From Acidobacteriota bacterium (GTDB lineage Bacteria; Acidobacteriota; Vicinamibacteria; Vicinamibacterales; JAKQTR01), in assembly GCA_026393755.1 (NCBI GenBank), contig JAPKZO010000018.1, forward strand, positions 3,418-35,417: DNA of 32,000 nucleotides, read 5' to 3'. Below are positions 24,366-32,000 of the stretch, one piece after another (position 1 is the first letter of the stretch; each line of letters starts with the position of its first letter). The notes under the pieces were generated by a model, which saw nothing but the letters and a program-made list of their open reading frames with translations, was not told the DNA's origin and ran no database searches. The position numbers were made by a program, and so were the translations under genes.

Positions 24366-26924
24366 TCAGCCCCGCAACGTGGCGCCCAGTTCGGTCTGCA
24401 GCGCCCGGACGATGCGCTCGCGGATCTTCGCGGCGTCGACATCCGTCAATGTGCGGTCGGATGCCTGATAGGTCAGGCTGAGTGCCAGGCTCTTGTTCCC
24501 CGGGCCAACCTGTCCTCCGCGGTAGACGTCGAACAGCGCCATCCCCGAGAGCATCGGTCCTCCGGCCGCACGGACCACCGCGCAGACCTTTGCCGCAGGG
24601 ATCTCGTCACTGACGATCACCGCGATATCTTCGCGCACGGGAGGGAACGTCGGCACGGCCCTCGACGCATGTCGATCGGTGACGTCGGCCGTCAGCGTCG
24701 CCAGATCCAGTTCGGCGATCAGGACGCGCTGGCCGGTGATGCCGAAGCGCCCGGCGACCGCCGGGTGCAGTTCGCCGAAATGACCCGCCGGCTCGGCGCC
24801 GATGAGCAGCTTCGCCGACCGGCCTGGAATCAGCGACGGATGCGCAGCCGGCTCGACGCTGATGGCCGGGACCTGCATCGCCTGGGCGAGGCCCTCGATG
24901 ACGCCCTTCAGATCGTAGAAATCCATCGGCTCCCGATCCGCGCCTTGCCAGCCTGGCATCGCGCGCGGGCCGGCCAGCAGCATCGCGATGCGCACCGGTT
25001 CCTCAGGCAGCACACGATCCGGGCGTGAGAGGAAGACCGGGCCGACTTCGAAGAACGCGAGCCGATCGGCGTGCCGGGCGTTGGCCGCGGCGATCTCCAG
25101 CAATCCCGACAGCAGCGTCCGTCTCATCACGACCCGATCGACGACGATCGGATTGGCGAGCCGAACATACGGAGGCTCCTCGCCCGGCTCAGAGTTGGCC
25201 GCCAGTCTGGCCTCGCGTTCGGGTGATGTCAGGCTGTACGTCACGATCTCCTGAAGCCCAAGGCTGACCAGCAGATCGCGCACGCGCTCTTCGATGATCA
25301 GTTCGCGATTGGGATGGGGCGGCGGGATTACCTCGGCGAGCATCGTGTTCGGGATCCGCTCGTACCCATAGATGCGGGCCAACTCCTCGACAATGTCCGC
25401 CTGGCCGGTGATGCCCTGACCGATGTCCAGCCGATGTTCCGGGGCGGTTGCGCGAACCGTGCCCTCGACGACCTCGCAACGGAACTCGAGCGCACCGAGG
25501 ATCCGCACGATCTGGTCAATCTCCATCCTCACGCCGAGCTGCCGCTCCACGTCGGCCGGCGTAATCGCGACGACGGGCGGGTCCACCTTGCCCGGGTACC
25601 GATCGACGAGGCCCGCAGCAACGCTCCCGCCAGCCCACTCACGCATCAGCCCCAGCGCGCGGTTCACGCCCCACTCCGCGAGCGCCGCGTGCACGCCCCG
25701 CGAAAACCGGTACGAAGCCTCAGACGGCAGGCCCTGTGCCTTGACGGTCTTCCGGATGTTGATGAAATCCCAGGCGGCGCCTTCGAGCAGGATGTTCGTG
25801 CTCGATGCCGAGATCTCCGATTCGGCGCCCCCCATCACCCCAGCCAGCGAGAGCGGGCCGGCGGCATCGCACACGAGTACGGCATCCTGGTCGAGGGTGC
25901 GCCCGACATGGTCGAGCGTCGTGAGTGTCTCACCGGGCGCCGCCCGCCGTGTGATGATGGTCGGGCGCGTGTCGCCCGCGCGCTTCCGGATCACGTCCCA
26001 GTCGAACGCGTGCAGCGGCTCGCCCAGTTCGAACATCACATAGTTGGTCGCGTCGACGATGTTGTTGATGGGGCGCGTGCCAGCCAGACGCAGCCGGCGT
26101 TGGACCCGGTACGGGCTTGGTGCGATCGCTACGCCCTCGATTAGTCCCAGCGCGAACCGAGGATTGAGCGCGGCATCCCGGATCTCGACGTCTACGCGCC
26201 CCGCCAGCGGAGCGCCCGTCGCGGCGACGGTCGTCGCCGGCGTGATGAGCGGGACATCCGTCAAGGCGGCGATCTCGCGCGCGATGCCGACGATGCAGGC
26301 GTTGCGCGCCATGTTTGGATTGATCTTCACCGTGAAGACCACGTCGCCCATGTACGCGGCCGCTGGCATCCCCACCGGGGCATCCGCGTCCAGCACGATA
26401 ATCCCGTCGTGTTCGTCCGAGATCCCCAGTTCCTTCTCGGAGCACACCATCGACTTCGATTCGACGCCCCGGATCTTGGCGCGCTTGAGCGTCATCACTT
26501 CGCGGCCGGGCTTGTGGCCGTCGTAGAGGACCGCGCCCTCACGGGCGTACACGACCTTCATCGGCGTTGCGAGCGGCCCGGTGCCCTTGAGCGGGAACAG
26601 GTTCGGCGCGCCCGTGAGTACGATCTGCTCGGTCCCGGTGCCGTCATCGACGCGCAGGAGCGTGAGCCGATCGGCGTTCGGATGCGGCATCACCTCGAGG
26701 ACCTGGGCAATGACTATCGTGGCGGGGTTCCAGGCGATCCCCACCGCCGGGGGCCCGGACCGCCCGGTGGCTGGCAGGCCCGCGATCGGCCGCTGCTCGG
26801 GCGCCAGGCCGACGTACTCGATTTCCTCCACCTCGAGCCCGGCAAAGGTCAGGCGGGAGGCCAGCTCGTCTGGCGTATCGACGATAGCGACGTAGTCTCG
26901 CAGCCAGGTCAGAGGGACTCGCAT
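24366..26924 (-). CDS. pheT: Phenylalanine--tRNA ligase beta subunit
   Basis: 852 aa. N-terminus MRVPLTWLRDYV...LTFAGLEVEE with tRNA-binding domain, B3/4, B5 and C-terminal FDX-ACB-like regions. Starts 1 nt after the pheS stop. Confidence 0.95.
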   Translation of the reverse strand: MRVPLTWLRDYVAIVDTPDELASRLTFAGLEVEEIEYVGLAPEQRPIAGLPATGRSGPPAVGIAWNPATIVIAQVLEVMPHPNADRLTLLRVDDGTGTEQIVLTGAPNLFPLKGTGPLATPMKVVYAREGAVLYDGHKPGREVMTLKRAKIRGVESKSMVCSEKELGISDEHDGIIVLDADAPVGMPAAAYMGDVVFTVKINPNMARNACIVGIAREIAALTDVPLITPATTVAATGAPLAGRVDVEIRDAALNPRFALGLIEGVAIAPSPYRVQRRLRLAGTRPINNIVDATNYVMFELGEPLHAFDWDVIRKRAGDTRPTIITRRAAPGETLTTLDHVGRTLDQDAVLVCDAAGPLSLAGVMGGAESEISASSTNILLEGAAWDFINIRKTVKAQGLPSEASYRFSRGVHAALAEWGVNRALGLMREWAGGSVAAGLVDRYPGKVDPPVVAITPADVERQLGVRMEIDQIVRILGALEFRCEVVEGTVRATAPEHRLDIGQGITGQADIVEELARIYGYERIPNTMLAEVIPPPHPNRELIIEERVRDLLVSLGLQEIVTYSLTSPEREARLAANSEPGEEPPYVRLANPIVVDRVVMRRTLLSGLLEIAAANARHADRLAFFEVGPVFLSRPDRVLPEEPVRIAMLLAGPRAMPGWQGADREPMDFYDLKGVIEGLAQAMQVPAISVEPAAHPSLIPGRSAKLLIGAEPAGHFGELHPAVAGRFGITGQRVLIAELDLATLTADVTDRHASRAVPTFPPVREDIAVIVSDEIPAAKVCAVVRAAGGPMLSGMALFDVYRGGQVGPGNKSLALSLTYQASDRTLTDVDAAKIRERIVRALQTELGATLRG

Positions 26925-26925
26925 C

Positions 26926-27957
26926 TCAGAATTGCTCCAGGAAGCGCAGGTCGTTCGCGAAGAAGTACCGGATGTCCTCGATCTTGTGCATCAGCATCGT
27001 GATGCGCTGAGGGCCCATCCCGAAGGCGAACCCCGAGAACTCGCGCGGGTCGTAGCCGCCGTTTTCCAGCACCACCGGGTGGACCATGCCGCAGCCGAGG
27101 ATCTCGAGCCACCCGCTCTGCTTGCAGACCGGGCAGCCGGCCCCGTCGCACACGAAGCACTCGACGTCCATTTCCGCAGACGGCTCGGTGAACGGAAAGT
27201 GATCGGACCGGAAACGCGTCCGGACAGCGGTGCCGAAGAGCGTGTGAGCGAAGGCCGTGAGCGTGCCCTTGAGGTCCGCCATCGTTATGTGGCGGCCGAT
27301 GGCCAGTCCCTCGATCTGATAAAACTGGATCTCGCTGCGGGCCGTGATCTGCTCGTAGCGGTAGCACATGCCCGGCAGGATCACCCGAATCGGCTCCGGG
27401 GCCCGTTCGCGCATCACGTGAATCTGGCCCGGCGACGTGTGCGTTCGCAGGATGACGTTGGGCGTCGTCGTATAGAAGGTGTCCCACATGTCGCGCGCCG
27501 GGTGGTGCGGCGGGATATTGAGCAGCGTGAAGTTGTACTCGTCCAGTTCGACGTCCCGCGACCGGTACACCTGGAACCCCATCTCGGCGAAGATCGCGTA
27601 GATTCTGCGGAGCGTCTGCACGGCCGGGTGCAGGCGGCCTCGCGCCAGGGCGCGGCCCGGCAGCGTGACGTCGATTGCGCCGGCCGTGATGGCTCGCTCC
27701 AGTTCGCTGGCGCGCACGCGCTGGGCGGCGGCCTCACACGCCTGTTCCAGAGCCTGCCTGGCCTGGTTGGCGCGTTGGCCGAACTCGCGCCGCTCCTCTT
27801 TCGGGAGCGTTCCCAGCGTGCCGAGGGCGGCCACCACCGGCGCACTCTTCCCGAGATGGGCGACGCGCCAGGCATCGAGCGACGCGGAATCCGCCACTGC
27901 GCTCAGTGCGGCGAGGGCATCCCGCACCATCTGATCGAAGTCCATCGCCATAGCCAT
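26926..27957 (-). CDS. pheS: Phenylalanine--tRNA ligase alpha subunit
   Basis: Class II aaRS motifs: HPARDMWDTFY, LRTHTSPGQ, PGMCYRYE, RFRSDHFPFTEPSAEMDV, GCGMVHP. Start among the three in-frame ATGs MAMAMD. Confidence 0.95.
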   Translation of the reverse strand: MAMAMDFDQMVRDALAALSAVADSASLDAWRVAHLGKSAPVVAALGTLGTLPKEERREFGQRANQARQALEQACEAAAQRVRASELERAITAGAIDVTLPGRALARGRLHPAVQTLRRIYAIFAEMGFQVYRSRDVELDEYNFTLLNIPPHHPARDMWDTFYTTTPNVILRTHTSPGQIHVMRERAPEPIRVILPGMCYRYEQITARSEIQFYQIEGLAIGRHITMADLKGTLTAFAHTLFGTAVRTRFRSDHFPFTEPSAEMDVECFVCDGAGCPVCKQSGWLEILGCGMVHPVVLENGGYDPREFSGFAFGMGPQRITMLMHKIEDIRYFFANDLRFLEQF

Positions 27958-28091
27958 AGCTGTACAGAGTACAACGGCCGCCCCGTTGGTGTCACAGGCC
28001 TCCCCAAGGCAGCCGTTTGATCCGGGGCGCGACCTGCACTAAGGTAGCACGCACAAGACGTTCTCGATGCCTGGGTTCACTGGAGGCGGCG

Positions 28092-29546
28092 ATGCGACTG
28101 CGTTACGGATGGATGGCTGGAGTGCTTGCGGTTCTGGTGTGCAACGCGTGCGGCGGGTCGTCGGTCACGACCACGACCGCACCAGCCGGCCAGCAGACGG
28201 CCCAGACGGCCGCGCCGGCCGATCAGGCGAAGGGAAGTTACCGGTTCGAGCGCAACGGGTGGATCTTCGTGCACCTGGAAGGCACTCCCGAACAGGTCGG
28301 CTTCCAGCACGGGTACCAGCTCGCTCCGGAGATTGCCGACCTGCTGAGGGTCGCGAAACCGTACCTGGAGAAGAGCTCGAAGCGGGACTGGGCCTTCTAC
28401 CGGGACGCCGCCGAGAAGGTGTTGTGGCCGGGCGTCGATGACGAGTACCGCGCGGAACTGGACGGCATCGTCGCCGGTCTGGCGGAGAAGGGCGTCAAGG
28501 TGGATCGCTGGGACATCGTGGCCCTCAACGGCATCGAGGAGTTGCCGGACTACTACGTACCCTGGCTGAACAAACAGCAGGGGAAGCCCCCGCAGGGCAA
28601 GGCGCCGGGCAATTGCAGCGCGTTTGTCGCCACCGGTGACTGGACAAAGGACAAGCGCATCGTGATCGCTCACAACGCCTGGACCAACTACATCGTTGGC
28701 GAGCGCTGGAACATCATCTACGACATCAAGCCCGCCAAGGGCCACCGCATCCTGATGGACGGCCTGCCGGGCGTGATTACGAGTGCGGACGACTTCGGCG
28801 TCAACGATGCGGGGATCGCGATTACGGAGACCACCATCACGGGGTTCGAGGGATTCGATCCGAAGGGCACGCCCTACTTTTACCGGTCGCGCAAAGCGCT
28901 GCAGTATGCCGAGTCGATCGACGACTACGTGCGCATCATGGTGGATCGCAACAATGGCGGCTACGCCAACGACTGGCTGCTTGGCGACAACAAGACCGGC
29001 GAGATTGCGCTGTTCGAGCTTGGGCTCAAGAACTGGACCGTGGACAAGACGAAAAATGGCTACTTCGTCGGATCCAACTTCCCGGTCAAGGCCAAGCTCA
29101 TCAAGGAAGAGACGAAGTTCGACGTGACCAACAAGGCCAGTTCACCCAATGCCCGGCGTGCGCGGTGGGAGCAGCTGATGGCGCAGCACAAGGGGGCGAT
29201 CGATATCGAGCTGGCGAAGGCGTTCGAGGGCGACAAGCACGACGTCATCACGAAGAAGGACGGGCCCAACGATCGGACGTTGTGCGGCGCGGTCGAAGAC
29301 GTGGCGCGGGGGATTCCGGAGTGGGACTGGGCGCCGTACTTCCCGGGCGGGACCGTGCAGGCGAAGGCGATGGACGCCAGCATGATCGGCAAGCTCGAGA
29401 TGTGGGCGGCGATGGGCCGCCCGTGCACGGGCGACTTCAAAGCGGACCCGTTCCTGACCGCACACGCAGAGTACGGCTGGATGAAGGGCCTGCTGCGCGA
29501 CATGAAGAGCGAACCGTGGACCCGGTTCGCCACCGGCATGAAGTAG
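28092..29546 (+). CDS. Lipoprotein of the phospholipase B-like (PLBD/LAMA) Ntn-hydrolase family
   Basis: ATG 28092 is preceded by GGAGG. Signal/lipobox-like MRLRYGWMAGVLAVLVCNACGG. Blocks matching eukaryotic PLBD1/2 by eye: GN-CSAFV...IVIAHNAWTNY (candidate nucleophile Cys codon 28614-28616), LPGVITSADDFGVNDAGIAITETTI, NNGGYANDWLLGDNK. Confidence 0.75.
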   Translation: MRLRYGWMAGVLAVLVCNACGGSSVTTTTAPAGQQTAQTAAPADQAKGSYRFERNGWIFVHLEGTPEQVGFQHGYQLAPEIADLLRVAKPYLEKSSKRDWAFYRDAAEKVLWPGVDDEYRAELDGIVAGLAEKGVKVDRWDIVALNGIEELPDYYVPWLNKQQGKPPQGKAPGNCSAFVATGDWTKDKRIVIAHNAWTNYIVGERWNIIYDIKPAKGHRILMDGLPGVITSADDFGVNDAGIAITETTITGFEGFDPKGTPYFYRSRKALQYAESIDDYVRIMVDRNNGGYANDWLLGDNKTGEIALFELGLKNWTVDKTKNGYFVGSNFPVKAKLIKEETKFDVTNKASSPNARRARWEQLMAQHKGAIDIELAKAFEGDKHDVITKKDGPNDRTLCGAVEDVARGIPEWDWAPYFPGGTVQAKAMDASMIGKLEMWAAMGRPCTGDFKADPFLTAHAEYGWMKGLLRDMKSEPWTRFATGMK

Positions 29547-29553
29547 TCGTGCG

Positions 29554-29994
29554 TCAGGCCCGCTGGTAGTCCGCCCGCCAGTTCTTGACGGCCTGCTTGA
29601 TGGCCTTTTGACTGGTCAGCGTTCCGTCGAGGACCTGCCGGGCCAGGTCGGGTAACTCAGCGTCGCCGGCGAATCTGAGCGCCACCAACTGCTTGACGGT
29701 GAACTCGTTGATCCGGGGTTTCAGGTCCGCCGGCAGCAGTTCCCGCATCCGCATCCGCTCTTCGAGGCGAATCACGCGGTCCTGCACCGTCATGGCCATG
29801 ATCCGCGCCAGGAAGAACAGCACCACGAGGGCGATCGCCAGCCCCAGCCCCATCAGGTTGGGCCAGCTGAAGTGAACCACAGCCTGGTACAGGGCGAAGA
29901 AGAAGTTGATCGCGAACAACGGGAACGCGACGTAGTGGTACGTGGGCACGACGCGGGCGTGATTCTCGAACGTCTGTGGAGTCTTCTGAGCCAT
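29554..29994 (-). CDS. Small (146 aa) membrane protein with two predicted TM helices and a charged C-terminal domain; function unknown
   Basis: ATG 29994 is preceded by AAGGAG. MAQKTPQTFENHARVVPTYHYVAFPLFAINFFFALY and LGLAIALVVLFFLARIMAM hydrophobic segments. The longer track ORF (to 30252) overlaps the divergent rluA-family gene and is Arg/Ser/Pro-rich. It resembles a DUF family I cannot verify here. Confidence 0.6.
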   Translation of the reverse strand: MAQKTPQTFENHARVVPTYHYVAFPLFAINFFFALYQAVVHFSWPNLMGLGLAIALVVLFFLARIMAMTVQDRVIRLEERMRMRELLPADLKPRINEFTVKQLVALRFAGDAELPDLARQVLDGTLTSQKAIKQAVKNWRADYQRA

Positions 29995-30005
29995 GACTGT
30001 CTCCT

Positions 30006-30035
30006 TTGGCAGGAACCCGACCGAGCGATGATACT
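30006..30035 (+). promoter_or_regulatory. Sigma-70-like promoter candidate for the pseudouridine synthase gene
   Basis: TTGGCA (30006-30011), 18-nt spacer, GATACT (30030-30035). By-eye match only. Confidence 0.25.
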
Positions 30036-30040
30036 CTGAA

Positions 30041-30068
30041 CCGAAAAAGGGGCCAGGCCCCTTTTCGG
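30041..30068. other. Terminator-like GC-rich hairpin flanked by an A-tract and a T-tract, lying between two divergent start codons
   Basis: CCG-AAAA-GGGGC (30041-30053, one bulged A) pairs with GCCCC-TTTT-CGG (30057-30068) around a CAG loop. The 3' base of the stem overlaps the GGAGGGG Shine-Dalgarno (30067-30073) of the plus-strand gene. Confidence 0.4.
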
Positions 30069-30082
30069 AGGGGCGCAGCCTG

Positions 30083-31033
30083 ATGGATGAATGGATCGTC
30101 GAGAGCGCGGATGCCGGGATGCGGCTGGACCAGTGGCTGGCCGGCCGGACCGAGGCCGGCTCTCGAAGCCGGGCGTCGCGCTGGCTTGCCGGCGGCAAAG
30201 TGTACGTCAACGGACAGCCGGTCGAGCCAGCCGCCCGCGCCGATCGAGTCATCGCCGGTCAGCGTGTCAGCGTGTGGATGGATCGTCCGGGCTCGGCGAA
30301 ACCGGCTGACCGCTCGGTGGCCGACGTGCGTCACCTGCTCACCGTGGTTCATCAGGACGAGGCCATCGTCGTTCTTGACAAGCCAGTGGGCCTGCTGGTC
30401 GAACCGCTGCCGGGCCGCGCCGGTGAGGAGAACACGCTGCTTGATTTGCTCGCGGACTACTACCACCACGAGCGGCGCTCGCGCTCGTATGTCGTGCATC
30501 GCATCGATCGCGACACCAGTGGTCTGGTTCTGTTCGCGCGGACCGCATCGGCGCGCGACGCCTTGAAGGACCAGTTCGAACGGCGCACGCCTGAGCGGGT
30601 GTACCAAGCCGTGGTGATTGGCCGGCCTGTGCCCGCCGAGGGCGTCTGGCGAGACACGCTCGCGTGGGACGCTTCGTCGTTGCGGCAGCGCCAGGCGCAC
30701 GGGCGTGACGCGCGCGGGAAGGACGCCGAGGCGCGGTACCGCGTGATCGAACAGTTCGCGGAGGCGGCCGTGGTCGAGGTGACGCTCGTCACCGGCAAGC
30801 GCAATCAGATCCGCGTGCAGGCCGCGATGCGAGGCCACGCGCTGCTTGGCGAGCGCCAGTACCGTTTTGGAGCGCCGCCCGAGACGCCCAGCCTGCCCCG
30901 CATCAATCGCCAGGCACTCCACGCCTGGAAGCTCGGCTTCGTGCATCCGACGACTGGCCGGCGCGTCCACTACACGTCACCGCTGCCCGAAGACCTCGAG
31001 ACCCTGCTCCGCGCGTTGCGCAAGAAAAAGTAG
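30083..31033 (+). CDS. RluA-family 23S rRNA pseudouridine synthase (RluD-like, with N-terminal S4 domain)
   Basis: S4-like MRLDQWLAG...SRSRASRWLAGGKVYVNG. Catalytic HRIDRDTSGLVLFART, TGKRNQIRVQ and LHAWKLGFVHPTTG blocks. Confidence 0.9.
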   Translation: MDEWIVESADAGMRLDQWLAGRTEAGSRSRASRWLAGGKVYVNGQPVEPAARADRVIAGQRVSVWMDRPGSAKPADRSVADVRHLLTVVHQDEAIVVLDKPVGLLVEPLPGRAGEENTLLDLLADYYHHERRSRSYVVHRIDRDTSGLVLFARTASARDALKDQFERRTPERVYQAVVIGRPVPAEGVWRDTLAWDASSLRQRQAHGRDARGKDAEARYRVIEQFAEAAVVEVTLVTGKRNQIRVQAAMRGHALLGERQYRFGAPPETPSLPRINRQALHAWKLGFVHPTTGRRVHYTSPLPEDLETLLRALRKKK

Positions 31034-31280
31034 GCGCCACTTGCCCTGACAGAACCGCAACACGCTCAACAGGCACCGCGTCATGTGACCGACGATCGAC
31101 CGATCGAACCTTTGTGTGGGTGCCGAGGGCGACGCCATGATCCTCCGGTGACTGGTGAATGCCTTCTATGCTACACCGCGCAATTGGTGGTTCGCGAAGC
31201 GCGCGATTCGGGCTCGCAGGATGGCGGATTCCGTTGGTCAACTGTGAGGCCGTGCGCTAGCATACTCGCGGGAGTCCACC

Positions 31281-32000
31281 ATGCCTGAAGCCGTTTGGAG
31301 TGCCATCTTCCGGGCCAGCGATCTCATGCGGGGCGCCATCGTCGGGGCCAGCGATTTCGTCTGGGGACCCTGGAGTACTCCGATCGGCCCGATTCCCGGG
31401 CCGCTGATGATCCTGCTGATCCTGACGGGCCTGTTCCTGACATTTCGGACCGGGTTCGTTCAGGTGAGACGGTTCCCTGAAGCCCTTCGCACAATCGTGC
31501 CGAAGGCCAGCGCGGGAGCGGCCGGAGCCCTCTCGCCGTTCCAGGCGTTCATGACGGCGCTCGCGGCGTCGATCGGCACCGGCAACATCGCGGGCGTGGC
31601 GACGGCGATCGTCATGGGCGGCCCAGGGGCATTGTTCTGGATCTGGGCGTACGGCTTCGTGGCGATGGCGATCAAGTTTGCCGAGGCGGTGCTCGGAATG
31701 ACCTTTCGCGTCGCGCACCAGACCGGCAGTTCGTCAGGTCCGATGTACTACCTGCGCGACGGATTGAAATCGCGCTGGCTGGCCGGGACGTTTGCGCTGG
31801 TGGCGGGCGTCGCGGCGCTCGTCACGACCCCCTTTACGCAGCCGAATTCGATGGCGGTCGTCCTCAAGAGCCAGTTCGCAATTCCGACGTGGATGTCGGG
31901 CGTCGCCATCGCCGTACTGACGTGGCTCGTGATCATCGGCGGTGTCGGCGCCATCGGACGTGCCGCCGCGAAACTGTCGCCGCTGAAGGTGACGCTCTAT
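31281..32000 (+). CDS. Alanine/glycine:cation symporter (AGCS family), 5' partial. It runs off the window end and is therefore absent from the ORF track.
   Basis: My own translation from ATG 31281 (GGGAG Shine-Dalgarno at 31270-31274) stays open for 240 codons. It contains the AGCS signature SPFQAFMTALAASIGTGNIAGVATAIVMGGPGALFWIW. Confidence 0.85.
   Translation, partial: MPEAVWSAIFRASDLMRGAIVGASDFVWGPWSTPIGPIPGPLMILLILTGLFLTFRTGFVQVRRFPEALRTIVPKASAGAAGALSPFQAFMTALAASIGTGNIAGVATAIVMGGPGALFWIWAYGFVAMAIKFAEAVLGMTFRVAHQTGSSSGPMYYLRDGLKSRWLAGTFALVAGVAALVTTPFTQPNSMAVVLKSQFAIPTWMSGVAIAVLTWLVIIGGVGAIGRAAAKLSPLKVTLY

Noticed and set aside
31085-31288. 67-aa ORF in the leader of the symporter gene
   Set aside because: It has no Shine-Dalgarno, a Cys/Arg-rich sequence without motifs, and overlaps the symporter start. 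It more likely belongs to an untranslated leader.

Overview
GC-rich (about two-thirds G+C by eye), gene-dense chromosomal window. I can support 22 protein-coding genes and see no rRNA, tRNA, CRISPR array, transposase, integrase or recognisable defence genes. On the plus strand: a giant secreted M14 metallopeptidase, then a tightly coupled pxpA-pxpB-pxpC (5-oxoprolinase) plus MFS transporter operon, followed by a radical SAM gene and an ATP-grasp ligase gene. On the minus strand: yggX, a molybdopterin oxidoreductase, a PNPOx-like flavoprotein, ogt, a secreted M28 peptidase and a Tat-exported amidase. The rest comprises an envelope-lipid trio (polytopic sulfatase-like transferase, YegS-type lipid kinase, MsbA-like ABC exporter), pheS-pheT, a lipoprotein of the phospholipase-B-like (PLBD/LAMA) Ntn-hydrolase family, a small membrane protein, an RluA-family pseudouridine synthase and the 5' part of an alanine/glycine:cation symporter. 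The strongest signal is a probable selenocysteine recoding event. The radical SAM ORF is cut off in the ORF track at TGA 9901-9903, but reading through gives ...EPWYC-U-AEP-TEGQVALL-stop, and a SECIS-like two-part hairpin lies directly behind the UGA. This probable selenoprotein sits 10 nt upstream of an amino-acid-ligase-type ATP-grasp gene, and I know of no assigned function for the pair. Secondary observations are an internal domain duplication in the M14 giant, a translationally coupled PNPOx-molybdoenzyme-YggX operon, a bacterial PLBD-like lipoprotein, and several strong palindromes or hairpins in the few intergenic spacers. All functional calls rest on motif and family recognition by eye; no database search was possible.
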